Below are positions 44,610 to 54,148 of a stretch of DNA of 64,000 bases, piece after piece. Under the pieces are notes generated by a model that saw only the letters and a program-made list of their open reading frames with translations, was not told the DNA's origin and ran no database searches. The position numbers were made by a program, and so were the translations under genes. Every line of letters begins with the position of its first letter. Position 1 is the first letter of the stretch. Source of the DNA: Candidatus Kapaibacterium sp. (GTDB taxonomy: Bacteria; Bacteroidota; Ignavibacteria; Kapaibacteriales; UBA2268); contig OY761611.1 of assembly GCA_963664875.1 (NCBI GenBank), positions 2,912,001 through 2,976,000 on the forward strand, written 5' to 3'.

Positions 44610-45071
44610 ATGAAACATATAGGTAATCTTCAGTATTCAGAAGGGGCTAAACACAAGAAGAAAAGAATAGCCCGCGGACCCGGCTCTGGTCATGGTGGTA
44701 CATCTACTCGAGGACATAAAGGTCAGAAATCTCGCTCAGGTGCGAAGATCTCTCCGTCTTTCGAGGGTGGACAAATGCCGATCAACCGCCGTATTCCAAA
44801 GTTTGGTTTCACTAATATATTTAGAAAAGAATACCAAACAGTTAATGTCGGTACTTTGCAAGAATTAGCCGAAAACAATAAATTCGAAGGCGGCAAAGTA
44901 GATTTTAACGTATTGTTTGATCTTGGTATCATCAATAAAAAGTCTCTACCTTTGAAAGTATTAGGTAACGGTGAGCTAAGTGTTGCTCTTACCGTAGAGG
45001 CCGACAAATTTTCTAAACAAGCAAAAGAGAAAATTGAGTCTGCAGGAGGGACAGTAGTAAACAATGGCTAG
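44610..45071 (+). CDS. rplO: 50S ribosomal protein L15
   Basis: RGHKGQKSRSG, FEGGQMP. Confidence 0.98.
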   Translation: MKHIGNLQYSEGAKHKKKRIARGPGSGHGGTSTRGHKGQKSRSGAKISPSFEGGQMPINRRIPKFGFTNIFRKEYQTVNVGTLQELAENNKFEGGKVDFNVLFDLGIINKKSLPLKVLGNGELSVALTVEADKFSKQAKEKIESAGGTVVNNG

Positions 45072-46416
45072 TTTCGTACAAACACTCCAGAATATTTTTA
45101 AGATTGACGAACTAAAACAAAGACTTACGTTTACGTTAATAATTTTGTTTGTTGTTCGTATAGGCGCACACATAACTATACCGGGTGTAGATATTAACGC
45201 ATTGCAGGCTTCTATAGCAAGCAATGATTCTAACACATTATTTGGTTTATTCGACTTGTTTGTAGGTGGTGCGTTTTCAAATGCTGCAATATTTGCTCTT
45301 GGCATCATGCCATATATCACAGCATCTATCATATTTCAGCTCGCCGGTGTGGTGATTCCTGAAATTCAGAAATTGCAGCGTGAAGAAGAGGGTAGAAGAA
45401 AGATTAATCAATATACCAGATGGGTTACAGTTGCCATTGCTGCATTGCAAGGGTGGGGTGTGTCTATCAAGTTAGCTTCTCAGACTGCCGGCAACATACC
45501 GGTTGTGCCTGAAGCAGGTATAATATTTACTATTTCTACTATGATAATTTTGTCTGCAGGTACGATATTCATGATGTGGTTAGGCGAACTAATCACTGAA
45601 AGAGGTATCGGTAATGGTATTTCGCTTATTATCTTTATTGGTATTATTGCTCGTTTGCCAATGTCTTTGATACAAGAGTATCAATTGATTACTTCCGATC
45701 CGAACCCGGCAGGTAAGTTGATTGTAGATGGTATTTTGATTGTCGGTCTGGTTGCCATCATAGCAGCTGTAGTCTATGTGACTCAGGGTGCAAGAAGAAT
45801 ACCGGTACAGTATGCAAAACGTCAAATCGGAAGAAAAGTATTCGGTGGTACGACTCAATATATTCCATTGCGTGTTAATACTGCAGGCGTTATGCCAATT
45901 ATCTTTGCACAATCTTTGATGTTTATACCAAACACTATACAACAATTTTTCCCTGAAAGCCAATTTATAGCAAAAGCTGCTGGTTTATTCTCGCATGAGT
46001 CTTTCTTTTATGCTTTTGTTTATGGTTTGATTATTGTGTTCTTTACTTATTTCTATACTGCTATCATTTTCAATCCAAAAGATATTGCTTCTAATATGAA
46101 GAAACAGGGTGGATTTATTCCTGGTATCAGACCTGGAACAGCTACAGAAGACTATGTGGATAGAATTATTACCCGCATTACCTTGCCTGGCTCTATCTTT
46201 TTGGCTATTGTAGCTATTTTGCCAACGTTTGTAATCAATATTTTCTCAGTTCCTCCCGGATTTGCACAATTCTTTGGTGGTACTTCGCTATTGATTATGG
46301 TTGGTGTAGCTCTTGATACATTGCAGCAAATAGAATCATATTTATTGATGCGTCACTATGATGGCTTCATGAAGAGCGGCAAAATGAAAGGAAGAGTTGG
46401 CGTAGGTGGGTTCTAA
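45064..46416 (+). CDS. secY: Preprotein translocase SecY
   Basis: FALGIMPYITASI, GIGNGISL, GFIPGIRPG, GGTSLLI. Confidence 0.98.
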   Translation: MASFVQTLQNIFKIDELKQRLTFTLIILFVVRIGAHITIPGVDINALQASIASNDSNTLFGLFDLFVGGAFSNAAIFALGIMPYITASIIFQLAGVVIPEIQKLQREEEGRRKINQYTRWVTVAIAALQGWGVSIKLASQTAGNIPVVPEAGIIFTISTMIILSAGTIFMMWLGELITERGIGNGISLIIFIGIIARLPMSLIQEYQLITSDPNPAGKLIVDGILIVGLVAIIAAVVYVTQGARRIPVQYAKRQIGRKVFGGTTQYIPLRVNTAGVMPIIFAQSLMFIPNTIQQFFPESQFIAKAAGLFSHESFFYAFVYGLIIVFFTYFYTAIIFNPKDIASNMKKQGGFIPGIRPGTATEDYVDRIITRITLPGSIFLAIVAILPTFVINIFSVPPGFAQFFGGTSLLIMVGVALDTLQQIESYLLMRHYDGFMKSGKMKGRVGVGGF

Positions 46417-46418
46417 TA

Positions 46419-47228
46419 ATGGCTAAAAGACGCGAATATACTGACGATTTTGTAAACATAAAAAATCAATCAGACATTAGTAAAATTGAAAAAGCCTGCC
46501 GTATTGTAGCAGAAACATTCAATACTATAAAGCCGCTTATGCGACCTGGTATCAGTACTTTGGAAATAGATGCAGTGGCTGAAGACTATATTCGCTCAAA
46601 AAATGCCAGACCTGCCTTCAAAGGTTATGAAGTCGAAGGTAAGTTCTTTCCCGGAACTCTGTGCATATCAATAAATGAAGAAGTAGTTCATGGTATCCCT
46701 TCTGATAGAATTCTAAAAGAGGGTGATATCGTAAGCGTGGACTGCGGAGCAGAATTAGATGGGTATTTTGGCGACAGTGCTGTAACTTACGGTATCGGGC
46801 AAATAAGCCCGGAAAACGAAAAGTTGATGCAAGTTACAAACGAATCGCTGTTTAAAGGTATAGAACAGGCTGTGGCAGGCAATAAACTTTATGATATTTC
46901 CAAAGCGATACAAGACCATTGCGAAAGTAACGGTTATTCGCTTACACGGGAATTAGTCGGTCACGGGATAGGCAGAAATCTACACGAAGAGCCCCCGGTG
47001 CCAAATTTTGTACCACCATTGCTTTACCGGTCAAGATACCCAAATATTAAATTAAGAAATGGTATTGCTTTGGCGATCGAGCCGATGGTTCATAGAGGAA
47101 AGAAAGAGATTAGATCGCTACAAGACGGTTGGACCATCGTAACAGCAGACAAAAGCACTGCTGCTCACTTTGAGCATACAATCATAATTCAAAACGACAA
47201 AGCATTGATACTAACACTTAGAGATTAA
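46419..47228 (+). CDS. map: Methionine aminopeptidase type I
   Basis: NEEVVHGIP, GHGIG..LHEEP, AIEPM, AHFEHT. Confidence 0.97.
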   Translation: MAKRREYTDDFVNIKNQSDISKIEKACRIVAETFNTIKPLMRPGISTLEIDAVAEDYIRSKNARPAFKGYEVEGKFFPGTLCISINEEVVHGIPSDRILKEGDIVSVDCGAELDGYFGDSAVTYGIGQISPENEKLMQVTNESLFKGIEQAVAGNKLYDISKAIQDHCESNGYSLTRELVGHGIGRNLHEEPPVPNFVPPLLYRSRYPNIKLRNGIALAIEPMVHRGKKEIRSLQDGWTIVTADKSTAAHFEHTIIIQNDKALILTLRD

Positions 47229-47234
47229 AGTGAT

Positions 47235-47453
47235 ATGGCAAAACAAGAACTTATCAGAGCAGACGGTATAATACAGGAAACCTTGCCAAATACACAATTT
47301 TTAGTTAAATTGGATAATGGTCATACTCTCCTTGCTCATATATCAGGCAAGATGAGAATGAACTTTATAAAGATTTTGCAGGGCGATAAAGTAACCGTAG
47401 AGCTCTCTCCATACGACTTGTCTAAAGGCAGAATCGTTTATAGATATAAATAA
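47235..47453 (+). CDS. infA: Translation initiation factor IF-1
   Basis: [20 protein letters not shown]. Confidence 0.98.
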   Translation: MAKQELIRADGIIQETLPNTQFLVKLDNGHTLLAHISGKMRMNFIKILQGDKVTVELSPYDLSKGRIVYRYK

Positions 47454-47481
47454 TTTAAAAACTATAGAATAGCAAGTAGCG

Positions 47482-47598
47482 ATGAAAGTACAAGCTTCAG
47501 TTAAGAAAAGAAACCCTGACGATAAAATAGTTCGTCGTAAAGGTAGAATCTATATTATTAACAAGAAAAATCCTCGTTTCAAACAAAGACAAGGATAA
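47482..47598 (+). CDS. rpmJ: 50S ribosomal protein L36 (38 aa, cysteine-free; missing from the ORF track)
   Basis: Translated by hand: [38 protein letters not shown]. Confidence 0.97.
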   Translation: MKVQASVKKRNPDDKIVRRKGRIYIINKKNPRFKQRQG

Positions 47599-47617
47599 TT
47601 TATAAAGGAGAAGTATT

Positions 47618-47992
47618 GTGGCTCGTATAGCTGGTATTGACTTGCCTAAAAATAAACGCGGCGATATAGCTCTAACCTACATCTTTGGTATCGGACACAC
47701 AACTGCTGCTAAAATCCTTGATGAAGCATCAGTGGATCATGCCAAAAGAGTACAAGAATGGTCAGATGACGAAGTTTCGAATATCCGTCAGGTCATAGAT
47801 GAAATCCTTGTAGAAGGTCAGTTACGCTCCGAAATCCAAATGAATATCAAACGTCTAATGGATATTGGATGCTATAGAGGTTTGCGCCACAGAAGAGGTC
47901 TGCCTGTACGTGGTCAGAGAACTCGTACTAACTCGAGAACTCGTAAAGGTCGCAAGAAAACAGTTGCAGGCAAAAAGAAAGTTGTTAAATAG
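47618..47992 (+). CDS. rpsM: 30S ribosomal protein S13
   Basis: [21 protein letters not shown]. Confidence 0.98.
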   Translation: MARIAGIDLPKNKRGDIALTYIFGIGHTTAAKILDEASVDHAKRVQEWSDDEVSNIRQVIDEILVEGQLRSEIQMNIKRLMDIGCYRGLRHRRGLPVRGQRTRTNSRTRKGRKKTVAGKKKVVK

Positions 47993-48058
47993 TAGTTTAG
48001 CAGCATAATCTTTTAAATTTTAAAAGGTTTCGTAAATAATTTGGATAGGTAAACATCC

Positions 48059-48439
48059 GTGGCTAAGAAAAAACAAAAAAAGAAAGTTGTAGCGGACGTA
48101 CATGGTAAAGCTTATATCAGAGCAACGTTTAATAACGTGCAGGTAACTATTGCTGACATGTACGGTAACGCTTTGTGTTGGTCATCTGCCGGCAGAAACG
48201 GATTTAAAGGCTCTAAAAAGAATACTCCGTATGCTGCTCAGGTTTCGGCCGAAAAAGCAGCAAAAGAAGCCTATGATATGGGGCTTCGCAAAGTAGATGT
48301 TGTTGTAAAAGGTCCGGGCTCAGGTCGCGAAGCTGCAGTGCGCGCTTTGACTCAAGCAGGATTGGAAATCCACAGCATCATCGATAAAACACCTATACCT
48401 CATAATGGATGTCGTCCGCCAAAACGCAGAAGAGTATAA
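48059..48439 (+). CDS. rpsK: 30S ribosomal protein S11
   Basis: [25 protein letters not shown]. Confidence 0.98.
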   Translation: MAKKKQKKKVVADVHGKAYIRATFNNVQVTIADMYGNALCWSSAGRNGFKGSKKNTPYAAQVSAEKAAKEAYDMGLRKVDVVVKGPGSGREAAVRALTQAGLEIHSIIDKTPIPHNGCRPPKRRRV

Positions 48440-48492
48440 GTTTTGGGGTGTTTTCTATATTTTTAGTTTGAAAAATCCGGCAAATATATTTT

Positions 48493-49503
48493 ATGAATAC
48501 TCAATTGCAAATGCCCGATAGGGTTCACATTGAAGATGCATCGTCTGATTTTCACGGCAGATTTATTATGCAGCCGTTAGAAGGCGGGTATGGAGTTACT
48601 ATCGGTAACTCTCTTAGAAGAGTATTACTTTCTTCTATCCCCGGTGCGGCTATTATTGGTGTTAAAATCACTGACGTTTTACATGAATTCCAAACAATCG
48701 ATGGCGTCATGGAAGATATGTCAGAGATTATCCTTAATTTGAAAGAAGTTGCTCTCAAAACAAACGAGAAAAAACCGTTTAGAGTAATGTTCCATCTTAA
48801 AGGACCAGGCACCTGGACTGCTAAGGATATCAACGAAGCTTCTGACTTGATAGAAGTAATGGATCCTGATAAGCATATCGCCACTCTTGCTGATGATGCC
48901 GAGTTCGATGTTGAGCTTAGAATTGGCAAAGGGAAAGGCTATGTGCCTTCAGAGGAACAGCAAATGGTGGATTTCCCTGTCGGGATGCTACCAATTGATG
49001 CTATTTTTACTCCAATTAAAAATGTGATTTATAAAATCGATCCTCATCGCGTGGGGCATAGAACTGACTATGAAAAACTTACGCTTGATGTCAAAACTGA
49101 CGGCACTATTTCCGCTCAGGAAGCTGTGCACCAAGCCGCTAAGATCATGAATGATCATATTAAGTTCTTTATCAATTTCGACGAATTCGAAGAAGAGCAA
49201 CAACAACTCGAAATCGAAGAAGAAGAAGTAAAAGCTGCAGAACGTAATCGTTTGAGAAAAATTCTGCTTACCCCTGTAGATGAATTAGAGCTTTCTGTCA
49301 GAGCACATAACTGCCTGAAAGCTGCTAATATTAAAAATATGGCTGAGCTGGTTAGACTTCAAGAATCTGAATTGTTAAAATTCAGAAACTTCGGTAAAAA
49401 GTCTTTGACTGAGTTGTCTGATGTTGTTGTTCAGTTCGGTCTTGAATTCGGTATGAATGTAGATCATTATTTGAAAGATGACAAAAGTACCGTAAACGAA
49501 TAA
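48493..49503 (+). CDS. rpoA: RNA polymerase alpha subunit
   Basis: GYGVTIGNSLRRVLLSS, LELSVRAHNCL, RNFGKKSL. Confidence 0.98.
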   Translation: MNTQLQMPDRVHIEDASSDFHGRFIMQPLEGGYGVTIGNSLRRVLLSSIPGAAIIGVKITDVLHEFQTIDGVMEDMSEIILNLKEVALKTNEKKPFRVMFHLKGPGTWTAKDINEASDLIEVMDPDKHIATLADDAEFDVELRIGKGKGYVPSEEQQMVDFPVGMLPIDAIFTPIKNVIYKIDPHRVGHRTDYEKLTLDVKTDGTISAQEAVHQAAKIMNDHIKFFINFDEFEEEQQQLEIEEEEVKAAERNRLRKILLTPVDELELSVRAHNCLKAANIKNMAELVRLQESELLKFRNFGKKSLTELSDVVVQFGLEFGMNVDHYLKDDKSTVNE

Positions 49504-49538
49504 TTTATTTAAGTAACTAATTGATCTGAGTATAAGTT

Positions 49539-50186
49539 ATGAGACACGGAAAACGCGGTGTAAAGCTTAATAGAACAAGCAGCCACAGAAAAGCTCTTAT
49601 GCGTAGTTTGGCTACTGCTTTATTCGAGCATAAAAAAATCGCTACTACTGAAGTTAAGGCTAAAGCGCTCAGACCTTTTGCTGAAAGACTTATTACTAAA
49701 GCTAAAAAAGCTTTGGCTCGTGAAAAACAAGGTCTGCTCCCTGAAGGTCAAACAGTAGATATTCATAATAGAAGAGTTGTCTTCAAAGTAATCAAAAATA
49801 AAGCTGTCCTACAGGAACTTTTTGATGCTATCGCTCCTGCTGTTGAAAGTCGTAACGGTGGTTACACTCGTATTATCAAAACAGGACAAAGAAGAGGCGA
49901 CGGCGCTAGAACTGCTATCATCGAATTAGTAGATTGGTCTGCTGAGCAAGATGGTGCTGTTTCTATCAAACCAAAAAAGAAATCACAACCTAAAAAAGTA
50001 ACTCCTAAAGTTGAAGTTAAGGTTACTCCTGTTGTGGAAGAAAAAGTTGAAGAAGTTATCGAAACTCCTGCTGAAGAAGTAGTAGCTAATGAAGAAGTTG
50101 CTGAAACTGCAGCTCCTGAAGTTGAAGCTAACGAAGAAATCAAAGCAGAAGAAGAAAACACTGAAGACAAAAAAGAAGAAAACTAA
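49539..50186 (+). CDS. rplQ: 50S ribosomal protein L17 with acidic C-terminal tail
   Basis: MRHGK..KLNRTSSHRKA, RNGGYTRI, RRGDGA. Confidence 0.97.
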   Translation: MRHGKRGVKLNRTSSHRKALMRSLATALFEHKKIATTEVKAKALRPFAERLITKAKKALAREKQGLLPEGQTVDIHNRRVVFKVIKNKAVLQELFDAIAPAVESRNGGYTRIIKTGQRRGDGARTAIIELVDWSAEQDGAVSIKPKKKSQPKKVTPKVEVKVTPVVEEKVEEVIETPAEEVVANEEVAETAAPEVEANEEIKAEEENTEDKKEEN

Positions 50187-50216
50187 TATTGTATCTTCGA
50201 AAATAGCTGAAAATGT

Positions 50217-50249
50217 AAAGTGCCAAATGTTATTTGTTTGGCACTTTTT
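50217..50249 (+). terminator. Terminator of the ribosomal protein cluster
   Basis: AAAGTGCCAAA...TTTGGCACTTTTT. Confidence 0.85.
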
Positions 50250-50513
50250 ATTTATTTTGTAAAAGCAAGTTATTGAAATTATGAAGCCTTTGCAATTGCA
50301 GTCAAATTGAGACGGTATAGTTCACTGCATTATATCACAATTTTGTTCGTCTGATAAATGCGAGTCAAACGAAAGATGTACCGAACTTAGCAAATTACCG
50401 AGCAAAGACGAGTTAAAGTATCTGAAGTGTCAGTTTCTTCAATTTGCATTAAGTATCCACTTCAGAGTTTCAATACTCAGTGGGCAGATTACTTTGTGAT
50501 TTATGGTATCTAC

Positions 50514-52460
50514 TTAGCTTATAGGTAGAGTAAAGAAGAATCTGCTTCCTTTACCAGGAGTGCTCTCGACTCCAATATTACCCCCATGCTTCTCTACAAA
50601 CTCTCTACAAAGAATTAGTCCTAAACCAGTTCCGTTTTCATTGTTAGTGCCGGGCATAGAAACAGCTGATGCTAATTTAAAGAGCTTATTTTTTACATCT
50701 TCGCTCATGCCGATACCATTGTCTTCGATAGACACTTCTACATAAGCTTCCGATAATTTTGATCTGATTAGAACGCTACCATCTTGATTAGTATATTTTA
50801 CAGCATTTGATACCAGATTTCGAATTACAGTAGTAATCATGTTTACATCAATATTTGCGAATGATCCGCTGCTAATTTCGTTTACGATATGAATCCCTTT
50901 TGCTTCAGCAGATATAGACAGTGTATTTTTTACATTTTCTGCTATAAATGAAAGATCAGTCGCTTCAGGTGCAAATGAAATATCACCTTTTTGAGAACGC
51001 GACCATTGCAAAAGGTTTTCGATAAGGTTGACTAAGTTTTTAGAGCTATTGTTAAGTAGCTCAATAAATTCTTTCCTTTCATTGTCCTCAAAAGAATCAT
51101 AGTCTTTGCGAAGAGTATCGGTCAATAAACTGAAACTTCCAATAGGACTTTTAAGATCGTGAGCAATTATAGAAAAGAACTTATCTTTCAACGCATTCGA
51201 TTTTTTGAGCTCAGCCTCTGATTCTTTGATTTTATTTACTGCAAGGGTTCTTTCCGTGTTGTCGTGCGATACAAGCAGAGCTCTGTCGTTGCTGATTTTG
51301 GATACTCTGCCTTGGAACCAAAGTTTCTTGTTGTTAATTTCCAGTGGATAATCGAATATTTGAATTGTATTTTGCTGTATTGCATTTTTGATGTTTAGTA
51401 TTACCGTATCAGCTAAGTTTTTTTCCAAAACATCGTAAACAGATTTGCCTAAGAGTTCACTTCTCGGTTTGACAAGTAAAGATTCGTTTGTTGGGGCAAT
51501 ATTTAGATAAACACCTTCTAAATTATACTCGATAACGATATCTTTCATAGCTCCAAACATGGCTTTGAGTTGTTTCTCGTTCTCGATTACTCGCAGGTAT
51601 GTCTTGACTAATAGCCCTATAAGAAGTGAAATAATAACAGCACTAAAATAAAGGAACATCAGCAAAGATTTTTCGTTTTCACCATATATTTCCCAGCCAG
51701 CCTTTGGAGTGGCTGCAATAAGCCAGCTGCCTGTAGGTAATACCATCTGAATAGTTACGGGATCTTTGGCAAAAACTGTTGAATCGCCCCAAATCACATT
51801 ACCTGCAGCACCAAGTCCATCGTGTCCTTTTACAGAGTAATCTAATATGTCTTTTTGATTCTCAAGACCTGCTTCTCTAAACAGCATATCTCTACGCACT
51901 ACTATATCTGTAACTCCCCAAAAGTCTCCGTTTCTTTCTCCGTTTTTATAAAAAATAGGAGTGTAGCTGACAAAGGCAATGCCACCTTCGACAAGCTCGA
52001 CAGGGCCGGCTACAAATGTATTGTGAGTTTCAATCGTTTTTTCTACAATTTCACGTCGGGCAGGGTGCGAAAGCAAATCGAGACCAACAGCCTCTTCATG
52101 GCCCTTATATGGGTAAATAGAGCTAATCACGCCGTCTTTTGCTATAGACATTGTGTTTATAAGAGAATCGTTCTGAATCAGCTCATGTGCGAGTTCCTGA
52201 AAATTAAGATGGTTGATTTCCGGATTTAGCGAAATATACGCGGCAACACCTTTTGTATAATATATTCTAGAGTAAAGAGCTTTCTCCAATCTCGATTTTT
52301 TTGTGCTTAGAAGCTCATATACTTTTTCGCGTTCAGTTTTGGTTTTCTTGTGTTGAGCATATTCGGTGAATTCGAAAATGCTGTAGAATGAGACAATTAG
52401 AAGCAACACTGTGCTTAAAATAGGAAGAAGGCTTGATTTGTTATTGTAAGTGTTTTTCAA
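50514..52460 (-). CDS. Membrane sensor histidine kinase (CHASE, PAS, HisKA, HATPase)
   Basis: Two TM helices; CHASE GLDLL...VAGPVELVEGG; PAS ELLGKSV; IIAHDLKSP; RNLVSNAVKY; DNGIG; GTGLGL. Confidence 0.92.
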   Translation of the reverse strand: MKNTYNNKSSLLPILSTVLLLIVSFYSIFEFTEYAQHKKTKTEREKVYELLSTKKSRLEKALYSRIYYTKGVAAYISLNPEINHLNFQELAHELIQNDSLINTMSIAKDGVISSIYPYKGHEEAVGLDLLSHPARREIVEKTIETHNTFVAGPVELVEGGIAFVSYTPIFYKNGERNGDFWGVTDIVVRRDMLFREAGLENQKDILDYSVKGHDGLGAAGNVIWGDSTVFAKDPVTIQMVLPTGSWLIAATPKAGWEIYGENEKSLLMFLYFSAVIISLLIGLLVKTYLRVIENEKQLKAMFGAMKDIVIEYNLEGVYLNIAPTNESLLVKPRSELLGKSVYDVLEKNLADTVILNIKNAIQQNTIQIFDYPLEINNKKLWFQGRVSKISNDRALLVSHDNTERTLAVNKIKESEAELKKSNALKDKFFSIIAHDLKSPIGSFSLLTDTLRKDYDSFEDNERKEFIELLNNSSKNLVNLIENLLQWSRSQKGDISFAPEATDLSFIAENVKNTLSISAEAKGIHIVNEISSGSFANIDVNMITTVIRNLVSNAVKYTNQDGSVLIRSKLSEAYVEVSIEDNGIGMSEDVKNKLFKLASAVSMPGTNNENGTGLGLILCREFVEKHGGNIGVESTPGKGSRFFFTLPIS

Positions 52461-52560
52461 AGTAGTTTCACTCTTTTATGTTCAATTTTGAAAACGAATT
52501 TATAATCTTTGACTGTACCGAGCAAATTATATTTTTGTCTATTCAAATAATCGAATTAGT

Positions 52561-53859
52561 CTATTCTTTACTGATTGATTTTGTTTTTATGGAAGATATC
52601 ATAACATATATTGACCATAGCAAAAGCACAATCCCGATAGCAAAAACGCCTGAATAATCAAAATATTCTAATAACCAAATGCCGAACAGAGGCCCGAAGA
52701 CAGCTCGAAATCCTACCATCGTAAGATGTATAGATTGATACTCAGCAGCATTTTCGTCTTTGCAAAAATATGCAGAACCAATATTCCACAATAACGGCAT
52801 CGTTGCAGCAAATAGTCCGTTAAATCCGAAAGAAATAAGAAGCAGGAAGTAAAATTTGTATGCACCTATTTCTATAGACCATGGGAAATATTCTGTGAGC
52901 AATAGAAATAAAAGATGGAATGCAAGAGTTGCAAATGTAAAAGCACCAAATTTACGAGGATCCATTTTGTCTATTAGTTTGCCAAAAAAAGGCAGGGTAG
53001 CTATTGCAATTAGATTGTAAGAGTTTTTGTAGAAAGCCAGGCTTTTATATCCGAGGTCTAATTCTTTGGCAAGAAACAAAGATATAACTGCAACTGTCAT
53101 CATAAAAGAAAAACCATAAATCATAAAGGCAAATTCGAAATCTCTATAGGGTTTGTTTTTTTTAACGATTGAGATAAGATTAGGCATGGAAGCTTTGACA
53201 GATTCTATAATAGTCCTATTTGTAACGTGACCTGCCATATAGTCCTTTTTGACTGCAAATGAAAGAAGAAATACTGAGATAATACCTACGATAGAGATAA
53301 ATGGGTAAACGTAAGTATAGGCAAAGTTATCATACTCTAAAAGTTCACCAAATGCGAAAGTAGCCAAAAGCATCATTACTTTATTGGCACTTGTAGCATA
53401 GCTATATAAACTGCCAAAATGCTCAGATTTGTAATTGTTTTTTAGAATGCTGTTGATTATCGGGTTGATAACCGGTGAAGCCAAATAATAGCACAAAAAG
53501 ATGCCTAAAAATGCTGCATGATAAAACAGCATTTGCTCAGAGGCAAGAAGTTCTTTTGGGAAAAATGCAACTGCAAATAGAGGAAGTCTTGTTAAAAGTG
53601 CAACTAAGCGAAGTATATTTTTCTTTTTATATTTTTTGATAATCTCATAGATGAATACCGAAAAGACAAATACGATCATACTGAACTGGAATAGGACTGC
53701 GAGCAGAAATTCGGAACCCTGAAGACTTTTGATAAAGACAAACTCATTGAGTACCACTACTCCAAGCACGATGCCTTCTATGATAGAATAAATCAAGTGT
53801 AAAGAAAAAATCTTGCGTTCGTTACTTCCAAGTTCCTGCAATTTCACCGGAAACCCCAT
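52561..53859 (-). CDS. MFS transporter
   Basis: About 12 hydrophobic segments, GKLIDKMDPRK loop motif; ATG 53859 preferred. Confidence 0.85.
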   Translation of the reverse strand: MGFPVKLQELGSNERKIFSLHLIYSIIEGIVLGVVVLNEFVFIKSLQGSEFLLAVLFQFSMIVFVFSVFIYEIIKKYKKKNILRLVALLTRLPLFAVAFFPKELLASEQMLFYHAAFLGIFLCYYLASPVINPIINSILKNNYKSEHFGSLYSYATSANKVMMLLATFAFGELLEYDNFAYTYVYPFISIVGIISVFLLSFAVKKDYMAGHVTNRTIIESVKASMPNLISIVKKNKPYRDFEFAFMIYGFSFMMTVAVISLFLAKELDLGYKSLAFYKNSYNLIAIATLPFFGKLIDKMDPRKFGAFTFATLAFHLLFLLLTEYFPWSIEIGAYKFYFLLLISFGFNGLFAATMPLLWNIGSAYFCKDENAAEYQSIHLTMVGFRAVFGPLFGIWLLEYFDYSGVFAIGIVLLLWSIYVMISSIKTKSISKE

Positions 53860-53908
53860 GCATAGTAATTGCTTCAGTATTGCAATAATAGAGATTCGCT
53901 CTCTAAAC

Positions 53909-53942
53909 AAAAAAAGCAACTTCCTGAATAAAGAAAGTTGCT
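53909..53942 (-). terminator. Terminator after tRNA-fMet
   Basis: Minus strand AGCAACTTTC...GGAAGTTGCT followed by a T-tract. Confidence 0.8.
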
Positions 53943-53956
53943 ATTGCTTTGGTGAG

Positions 53957-54029
<73 letters not shown>

Positions 54030-54148
54030 ATGTTTTGTGATACAAATATAGATAAAATTTCTGAAAAATAAAAACTTTTTTGCTATTTTATTTTTTTCAC
54101 ATTTTACTATATTACCATTTATTGAAATCAATAAACATTGGATCTCAT

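Noticed and set aside
49990-50180. Repetitive GAAGAA/CTCCT-rich DNA
   Set aside because: Encodes the low-complexity acidic tail of L17; not an independent repeat
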